DNA of 64,000 nt from the human T2T-CHM13v2.0 reference genome, Homo sapiens. Below are positions 54,121-64,000 of this stretch, in pieces (position 1 is the stretch's first letter; every line of letters starts with the position of its first letter). Position numbers and translations under genes: made by a program. The notes below the pieces were generated by a model. That model saw nothing but the letters and a program-made list of their open reading frames with translations. It was not told where the DNA came from and made no database searches. The DNA lies in NCBI RefSeq assembly GCF_009914755.1, contig NC_060930.1, one strand, 5' to 3'.

Positions 54121-56432
54121 TGGTAAAATCAAATTAAAGTATGTAAAACTCTAAATACATGATTGAAGTCTTAGGTGGCACTAATATTGAAGAATCAGCA
54201 AAATAATGGAATTGTACTAAATTTTGTATACAGAAAGAATTTAGAGTGATAGTGCCTGTAAAAACTAGATTTGAAATCGTAGTATTTTGTGGAGAAGGCT
54301 TTTGGGGAATTGGATGGTGTTGATTATGTTACATCAGTCTTTTAAAAAACATGTAAGCTGTTACTTTATTAGTAGAAAAAAATGAAGCATTTTTCTCTGA
54401 ATAATTTAAAACTATGTAGCACTAGAAAAAAATAATCCCAGTTTAAATTTATTAGATCTGAATTAATATTATATGAGGAAGGCATACTGCTTAGTAAAAT
54501 GCAATTTTAGACTATATTACTTAAGATGTACAACTGTTTCCTACACACAAACAAATGGATTATATGCAAAATGGTTGCATAACTTATTTATCTTTGTTTT
54601 AAACTACTCTGCACATCCTAAAACAATTTTGCAATCAGAATTGTATCAGCCCACTAAGCAACAAGGAGTTTGTTTTGTTAATTGCTCTAGTTAAACCTAA
54701 TTACTGTGGGTGGAGTGGCTTTCCGTGAAAGGGAGGAAGGCCCTAAGACTGGCAGGAGAAAATTTTAGGAAGAAGTCCAGTGCCAGGAGTGCAGATGGCT
54801 GAGTGGACAAAAGCAGACCCCACAAGAACTGTGTAAGTCACTTTCACTTGGAAAATCTATTACATTTGTTTTTAGTGGATGAACTTATTTTCAAATGCTG
54901 TTGTCAGAGGTAAGTTCTTCCCATTCCCATAAACATGAACATCTTAATGTCTGTGGCTCCTGCCCTGGAACATGTTTTTTGAAGTCCCATAAACAAAGGC
55001 TGAGCAGCAGTCTTATTTTCTCTAGAAAAACAGAAAGTACATTCAGAGCCCACTACAGTGCTCCCTTCACAGATGGGAGCTGAGAACCATTTTAATTGAT
55101 TCATTCGGCACACATTAATCAACCATCGATCACACCGCCAGGCACTGTGCTAAGGGCTGGGTTTTCAGATACCGATGATTATGTATAGCCTGGTAGGTAG
55201 AAGACCACAGAGACAGATCATTGTCCAGGAGGATGAATCACAGTTAGAGCATGAGCAAAAAAGTGGTATACATGAGGAAATGGAGCCCAAGGCTCCCTGT
55301 TTTCCATAGACACTGCCTGAACTGGAAGCCAGGTGTCTGGGGCCATGCCTAGCACTGTCACCATCACCCAGCAACTCTGTAGCAATACATGTACTTCAAT
55401 AAACCAGGACTGCATGTGGACTTCTTGGCTGTATCTTTGCTTTTTGGGACTTCTGAAATTAAAAATGTTTCCACGAATGTCTGAAGTCATATGAATGAAT
55501 GTTTAATATACATAACAGTTTGAAGGATAATTTCACATGCTGTGTTTTCATTCCTAATGGCATTTTGGAAAACCTTCTGTCTTCTAAAGAATGGGGGAAT
55601 ATCATCACTGGAGAAACCTTTTCTTTGTCTGGCAGAACCTTCTTCTATTAATGTAAACTAGTTGTTAATGAAACAGAGGTCAATAAGGAAATAAATCTTT
55701 GATTTGTTTAAATATCTTCTGCACAGAACATCAAGACAAATGGGTGTCCCTTGTCTGAGGAGGAGAAGGCTTTGGGAGAACATTGAGTTAAGCAGTGAGG
55801 TAACTGTGATGAGATCTTTCTTGCTCGGTAAATGTGTTTACTTTTTTCACTGGTATTTATACTAGTTAATGTGTTGCTCCAGATAAATCTACTTCCTGCG
55901 TCCATCTTTCAGCTTGTTCTCCTCTCTTGGGAGTTGACAAATGGTTTGTGTTTGACACCATTTATCAGCTGAGTCCCTGCTGGGTGCTGCCAGAGGCTTG
56001 CTCAGACTACTGTAGAGAAAAAGTGAGTACGGTAAATTTGTATTTCTAGTCCCTCTGTCTAGAGGAGGGTGCATCGCGCAGGAACAGATTCAGATGGCTG
56101 CAAGTTTTACCTCCTGGAAGACATAAATTTTCAGTCCAAAATAAGCTCTTAATCTTCTCCTGGTGGGATCTCTGTAAAATGGAATAAAATGAGACCCAGT
56201 TTAGAATTTCCTCAGAAGGGCAAAATTAAAGGGTGACTGCTGTCATATCTTTGACACCCTGAAAGTGCCTTACATTTGGGGAACACTGAAAAAACATGTC
56301 CCCCAAAATGACTGCAATCGCAGAGACTGCTGCTTTTGATGGAGCAGGATAGCAGCCAGATGCCTTCTTTGTGTTATATCAGTGCTTTTGAATTTAACAT
56401 TCATTTATATTCATGCAAAGGGAATAAACTTA

Positions 56433-56735
<303 letters not shown>

Positions 56736-56757
56736 ACAGCGTGAGGGCCTTGAGTAG

Positions 56758-57136
<379 letters not shown>

Positions 57137-57371
57137 TAAAAAAACTGTTAAAACAAGGATCAGTGAGGGAAAAAAAAATAACTGAAGAGAATGGTATAAT
57201 GCACCCAGTACCCAGTTCAACAATTACCAACTTAAGACCTGGGTTGTTTCATCTATCCCAACCCCACCCAATGATTTTGAGGCAAAGGCCAAAAAGCATA
57301 TAATTTCATTGATGAATATTGTATCTTGTATTTCTGTAACACAAAGATTTATTTTAAAAGAAAATCAACAC

Positions 57372-57740
<369 letters not shown>

Positions 57741-59528
57741 TTATTAACCACTCTTTAGGCTATTGAGCAGGGAAGAGTGGGAAGAGATAGCTCTATAAAG
57801 ATTTTTCAGCATTAAAAACACACCCAGGGGCCAAGATTGAATTGCAAAGATGATTTTGCTCCTTTCTTGGATTCTAGGAGATTCTGGAAGGAGAGCACAT
57901 GCAGGTAGGCGCCAAATTGGCATTTAAAGCTCTGTTGTTTAGATAGAATTACATCCTTTGGGGTGTTGGGTGAGAATGAAGGCTTTACTCTGCCTAGCTG
58001 GTGGTGGCAGCGTAATTAGTGAGATGTCAGCTACAAATGAATCAGTGAGGCATGCACTCCCCACACATAAGCACATGCAGATTTGGCAGCTAGCAGTGAT
58101 CTAGCAGTTGGATCCTAAGTGTGCCTCGTGCCACTTGTTGAGCCTAATGCAAAGTGCAGTTTAATCACTGATGTGCCCGTGAGCATGATTAGCTGTTAAC
58201 CGATTAGTGAACTGTCTGAGGCCCCAGAGTCATTGATTTGGACTCAGCCTTCTGTTCCACGCCCCCCACCGCAGCCCCCAGCATCCTTCCTTCTCCTCCC
58301 CTCAATCTATGAGGAAGAAAGGAGAAGGAGAAGAGGAGAAAAGGTCCAGATGGGAAGAAAAGAATGCTGAAAAGATCCTGTAGGAAGTAGGTCAGGTACT
58401 TTGGAGATTAGCTTGCTTCATCCCTGAATGCGAGAGCCAGGCACAAGTAGCATACAATTAGAAGGAATTAGAACAGCAACAAGTAGCTTGGATTTATCAG
58501 CTTTAATTGTCTATTGTCAGGACAGAGCTCTCCTCCCAGGGATCATGGTGGCAGTACACATCCTAATACTTTTAATGGACATCCATTGTGGGATTATCTC
58601 TCCTAAAGGCAGTGCCTGTTCTCTTCAAAGGAGTTGTGGGGATCCTGCCTGAAAAGCACCAAACCGCTCCTTCCCTGTGTTTGGTCCCATTCTAGGGTAA
58701 AGCAGGGTTGCCCTTCAGTCCTCCAGAGGTGCACCTTAAGGGGGCGGATGCCTACTGAACAATAACTCCTTTGCCCTGCTTCCCCGGGGTGCCTGCTTGA
58801 AGGAAACAATGGGCTGTAGATGGAGAACAGATAAGCCAGGGCTGATGGCTTCTGGATCTCCAGGCTATCTTCAGGTTAAAAGGTTTCCCAGCTTTTCCTT
58901 AGTCAACATTAGAGAGTTGTTCAAAAGATAAGGTGTCTATTAAATGAGGTTTGTTATTGTCTTGCCTTTGCCTTCTCTTTCCTCCCTCCCCTCTCCACCT
59001 CTCAGGTGGGTGGAGGTGAAGGACAGTCATGCCTTCTTCCAAACTCAGACACGAATTTGGTTTAGGCGGGTTGAACTTCTTCTGGTGTCACCACCGGTTT
59101 AACATTTAAAAGGTTCTCCAATAAGCGCAGCCCCCTCCTCCTCATTTTTAAGTCCATGTGTACCTTAGGTCCAGTAAGTGCTTAGGATCCATTACAGAAC
59201 CCTGAGCTTGGCTGGAAATCTGAGAACCAAGTTCTGATTTTGCTCCCTGAGCTGCAGCCCTGCCTGTGGGCTGGCATTTCCCAGGTTCACAGTTCTATGT
59301 TAAGATCCAGTTACCAAAAAAGAGTCTGGGAGAGATGCCCTTTCTGCTTCCTGACCTCTGGTCCTCAGTTTCCTCAGCAGGAAAATGAAGTGTAGAAGGG
59401 GATATATGGTCTTCGACTTAGATTGGATACTAAATCCCCTTTGGAGCAGAATGGGAGTTGGGGGCTGGGGGTGGTCAAATGATTTCACTATTAACCTTTA
59501 TGATTCTGTCTCTTCTATCCTAACTTAC

Positions 59529-59874
59529 CTTGGCGTGAAGAAAGTCAAGCCTCTACAGTCTTGTTCTTCCCTTAGAAAGGATGAGAAGAAATCATCAGTC
59601 CCATTTTAAATAAAATCACCTGTGTCCTTTGGTTAATATTCTGTGATTTCAGGGAAGCACACGGTGGCAGGTACAACTGTAGGGTCCCTTTTCCTCTTCC
59701 AAGGGGACTGCTCCTCCCTGCACTGGGTCTTCTGCTGCTGTTCCTGCTCATCCTCCAGAGAAGCCTTTCACCTTCATTTTTAAGCCAACTGGTCCTCCCT
59801 AATCTTATTCTTGGCGACCTTCCCTTTATTTCCACCTTGAGTCCTCCCCTCTTCCAGAATGGCTTCTCCTCCCA
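59529..59874 (-). ncRNA. Candidate antisense non-coding exon (346 bp)
   Basis: Minus-strand acceptor GTTTGCTTCTCTCACCTTTCAG (CAG at 59877-59875) and donor AAG|GTAAGT (59528-59523). Confidence 0.35.
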
Positions 59875-61062
59875 CTGAAAGGTGAGAGAAGCAAACATTT
59901 GACCCACAGTCTTGCTCTCTCATTTGTGTGGAAGCTACTCTTCCGGTTCTCCAAATAAAGACAAGAGATGAGTTTCAGAGTGGACACCTTTCCTATTGCT
60001 CTTTTTCTCCCTTGTTAACAGTTCAGGTTTTGCCTTCTGTTAGTTTAATTTTAGGATTATTCCTTTTTTCCCACCAGCTGTAAGGTTAGGAAGTGTCTTC
60101 TGAGTTCTGAAATAATCTTCCTTCTCCTGTTCTTTCCCACAGACTTCTCAGAAATTAAAATTCTTCTGTCTGAATATTCACTATGATAAAAATATAATTA
60201 GAAGGGAAAGCAAATTTTGGAAACCCCAAACCTTGGTTTCCCCACAAGTCATCTGGAAATGATTAGTATTGCTATTATCATTTATTAAGTTGGTAGATGC
60301 TGAACTAAAGGAATAGTTTAAAAAATAATTTTAAAATCATATATAAATGATTAGATGAGAATACAACTGTCTTTCTGAAGGGAGGGCTAAAAAAGATATT
60401 AATACTTAGATGTAATGATACAGGTGGTTCTATAAATACTCTGAGACCTTGGACATCCTGTGGGTTTTATAAAGTCCTCTGGAGAACACTTACATCTTCA
60501 TTCCTAGGGTGGGAAGGGAGCTCTACTTGTGTTCTTGAATTTACTTAATTTTTGTTTCCCTTATGTAGGAAGTCAAAACACTGACCTCATTCCAAAACAT
60601 CCAACAGCCCCTGAAGGTCACCGTCCCAATGTTTAGGCCCTGAATATGTTTGTCAAAAGTTTTTGGGAGGTGAGCTGTGTCATGAGAAGGAAGCTTGTGC
60701 TATTTTTAAATTGATTCAACTCATCATCGAAACATATCGTACACATATCACACCAATGACACACACAGGCTGCATTGTAACATAGCATGTGTCATACATA
60801 TATTCTCTCTCACTCATACACACATACTCGCTCTTCTTGTCCGGCTTTTAAAAAGGAAGGCAGCCAGAAGGCCAAGCCCAGTGATTTGAGTTGAAAAGGC
60901 TGTTAAAGTTTAAAAACCAAGTGTCCCTCTAGTTCTCAGCCTGGCTTTGAGACATGTGGGAGGGCTTCAAAGCCTCAGTGCCCCTCTCTCAGGCTCAGGC
61001 TTACAGTTGGTCCCCAAATGTTTACCAGCATGAAGATGCCTAACTTACAGGAAGCGGGAAAT

Positions 61063-61121
61063 GGGTGTGGGGGGTGAGGGTGGGTGGGTGGGTAGGGAGT
61101 AGGAAGAAGAGGGTGGGGGGG
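61063..61121 (+). other. G-quadruplex-forming motif
   Basis: Nine G>=3 runs, including GGGTGGGTGGGTGGG. Confidence 0.7.
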
Positions 61122-61807
61122 TTATTCTCTTGATGTGGTTAGCCTGTCATTGACCTTGTTTGGGTATGGCAGGAGTTGAATGAGAAAATGAAAACATGTT
61201 TCATCTTGGGTACATTTCATCCCTTTTTTTTACCTTAGGAAAAAAAAATTCCTTTCGAAAAAAAAAATTTTTTTTCCCCAAGTGGAGTTCAGGTCTCCAG
61301 ATTTGGTGCTCAATTTCCCTTCATTCTACAATAGTCCTTTCCCTATAGAGTCATCTGGCCACCAACATTGCAATTCCCAATCCACCCAGGAACTGGGAGA
61401 GGAAAAAAACTGGCCCAGTAGCTGAAACCGAATTAAAATTGGCTGATGGAACTGTTGTGATGATGCCATCCACGGGAATAGATGAGAATTTCTGAGAACA
61501 GAACTATTTGGCTCATTCATGATTTGCTGCCATTGTGAACACTTTTAATGTGAGAGCTCTGCCTGAGAAATGCTGATTAATAAAGATAACTGAGGTTCTT
61601 TTCGGTGTTCTAACTTGGGGGGAAATAATATAGTGACTAAAAATGCACCAAGTTATTACTTAGAAACAAACCCTTTGAGACATAAGATTCCAGACAGTGG
61701 CAGCCTCTGATAGCTCTCTCTGCACAGCTGTACTGCTGCCAGGGTCTCCCAGCTTTAGTCAGCAGTAAAAAGGTGCACTGCTCAGGCCCTCTGGGAGGAC
61801 CGAGTGA

Positions 61808-61820
61808 AGTTCAGAGGTCA
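61808..61820 (+). promoter_or_regulatory. DR1 nuclear-receptor element
   Basis: AGTTCA-g-AGGTCA. Confidence 0.4.
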
Positions 61821-62527
61821 GTCCCTTTTATTCCCCCTTAATGGTTTTGTGCTGGACAATACCTAAATATTACAATATGGACATGTTTTTTCCTATTATG
61901 GAGCAAGCTTCCTTTCTTTTATTTCTTCTTCCTTTTTGGTAGCTTTCATTTTAAATGATGATATCCATCATTGACTACTATAATCATAGTCAAAAGTTGG
62001 TTTGGAGGTTTTTTTTTTCCCAATCACTTTGAGACAAGAAGCAAACATGTGAAGGACTTTACATTCCAACACTCTGTGTCTGAAAATTTACTTTCCTTAA
62101 AGTTCTACCCGTGGCCTTGTCCAGCTCAGCTGGGACACCTGGAACTAATTTTAGGGTTGCCTGGCTAAGCCCCACACTGGTATTTGAAGTTTGCGTCCTC
62201 CCTAGACTCAAGCCCATTTCACCACCTCTGAAGGTGAGTGCAGGCTGATATTAATTAACAGTGAGTTGATTCACTGGCATCTTCCAGTCATTAAAGCAAA
62301 TATTTGGCTTAAAATAGCCTTCTTCCCACCTCAAATATCAAACTTTTTGCCTATTCCCTTACTCTATCATGGTTGACTCACCAGCAGTTGCATGATGGTG
62401 TATGTGGCCTAAGAACAGAGTTTGATTCTAAAAGGGAAGTGAAATACTCTTTAACATCTGCAAGTGAGACTGTTTGAACAGCAGGCCAGCCTTCAGTATG
62501 ACTACATTGTTTTTCTGTCCATTGTGG

Positions 62528-62540
62528 TGCTGACTCAGCA
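62528..62540. promoter_or_regulatory. Perfect T-MARE (Maf recognition element; also an NRF2/BACH ARE and AP-1 site)
   Basis: TGCTGACTCAGCA. Confidence 0.6.
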
Positions 62541-63037
62541 TCAGTTAATAAACCCTCTTGAGCAGGCTGGATTTCTCTTGTTTAATTATCAGCTTGGAGC
62601 TTTCTGAGGACTCTTAGGAATTGTTCATTCAGTTTTCCACCCCCAGCAGATCTGCCTTCTAAAAGTCCTGCTTCCTCTTGGTGCTAGCGTCCCCTCTGGC
62701 ATAACATGCAATCACAGGTGGGCCACGCAGCAAGCAGCGAGTGTGTGCTAATCATGTCCCCTAGTGGGAATTTAATTGTTCTGTACTGAGAGAGAGATTG
62801 CAGCAAGACTTTAGACACCATTTCCTGGCAAATAATCTTTTGCCTCTCCCCCTCTCCCCTAAAAAAAATTCTAGAAAAGTTTTCTAAAAGTGAGAAAAGA
62901 AATTTTAAAGATAAACAGACATATTTTTTAGGATTGAGTTGGGCTTTTGTTTTGCTTTGTTTCATTTCTTCCTGTAAACAAATACTCAGATGTCCATTTC
63001 ATTGTATGACTAAGTTGGTATCATTAGGTTGGAACTG

Positions 63038-63087
63038 GGTGTGTGTATGTGGGTGTGTGTGTGGGTGGATGTGTGTGCACACGTGTA
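63038..63087. repeat. Degenerate (TG)n tract
   Basis: Direct reading. Confidence 0.8.
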
Positions 63088-63669
63088 TTTAAAATGTTAG
63101 AAAAGACATTGCAGGTCGAAGGAGAAATGATTTTAAAAAAACCTACCTATGGTAAGGCAAGCAGGAAAAATGGAAGACCTGGATTTCAATGATCTAAATA
63201 ATAATTGAAATGGGGTGTTTGCTATAAACATTGTTTCTCTGAATTAAAGGATTCCTTGCTGAAGGCACAAGACCATTGAAGGAAGTAAAGCATCTGGTTT
63301 GTTTTGTAATGAGAAGCAGGAATGCAAGGTCCACGCTCTTAATAATAAACAAACAGGACATTGTATGCCATCATCACAGGATGTCCTTCCTTCAACAGAG
63401 GACTGACTGGGCTGGAGGAAAAGCTGGCCGGGGCTCAGAATAAGCCCCACTAATTACTGCCTCCGACCGCTTTCCACTTGCAGTGATCAGTTCAATATTC
63501 CTCTGAACTGTGAAACGACTAATGCTCTACATTTTACTTACACTCCTGGGAAGTCAGCCTGTGGGTTCTGGGAGGAGAGGAAAGGAAAACAAACAATCTG
63601 TAGAATTATAACTTTTGCCTATTTCCCTATTTACTAAATAGTTAAAAGAGGAAAGTTAGTTCTGCCAAG

Positions 63670-64000
63670 TTTGAACGTTAGCAGGAGAAACGGAATGTTA
63701 CAACTTTTGGGGCGGGGGGCGGGGAAACGTGCGTTACATACACAACAGCTTGAGGACCAGACAGCTCCACTGTATTACACTAGCTGCAAAAACAATTTAA
63801 CTTGCTCTTTTGAAGTAAGATTTGTGTCTTTTGTACCTGGGGATTTGAGCTGAGAAATCAGAAACTGTGTAGGTAAATTTTAAGTTTCCTTAATTTAAGG
63901 AACGTGCGCCCCCTAATTCTGCCGCGCCAGGAAGGAGGGCGATCTGGAGTGTTTAGAATACAATAGAGCCCAAGTAAGCGTTGAGGTTAAGTGCCTTCAA
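63670..64000. promoter_or_regulatory. Upstream edge of a probable CpG-island promoter
   Basis: Rising CpG density, overlapping GC boxes GGGGCGGGGGGCGGGG (63709-63724), AACGTGCG twice (63726, 63901), and no Alu in the preceding ~6 kb. Confidence 0.55.

Noticed and set aside
62684-62700. CTCF site (minus strand GCCAGAGGGGACGCTAG)
   Set aside because: Mismatches in the core relative to CCASYAGRKGGCR; cannot be supported without a PWM score or ChIP.

Overview
Primate (probably human or great ape) nuclear DNA with no convincing protein-coding gene. Most ORFs in the track come from Alu or L1 copies and the rest are short chance ORFs; I could not name the locus. Repeats are abundant: about 38 Alu pieces (J, S and Y types), a near-full-length ancient L1M on the - strand (~10.9-16.9 kb, with recognisable ORF1p and ORF2p remnants), other L1M 3' ends, L2, MIR, an MLT1 LTR and a MER5 MITE. 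CpGs and GC boxes rise at the right edge, suggesting a CpG-island promoter just outside the window. Most notable: a perfect 5 x 49-bp tandem array (39027-39273); near-textbook response elements in unique DNA (perfect DR5, perfect ChoRE, DR4s, DR1, perfect T-MARE, PBX-HOX sites) that may form a distal enhancer set for the downstream promoter; a palindrome-containing 42-bp tandem repeat; a segment of an L1 copied into itself; and candidate non-coding exons on both strands. Repeat subfamily calls and boundaries were read by eye and are approximate. All regulatory and exon calls are motif-level inference.
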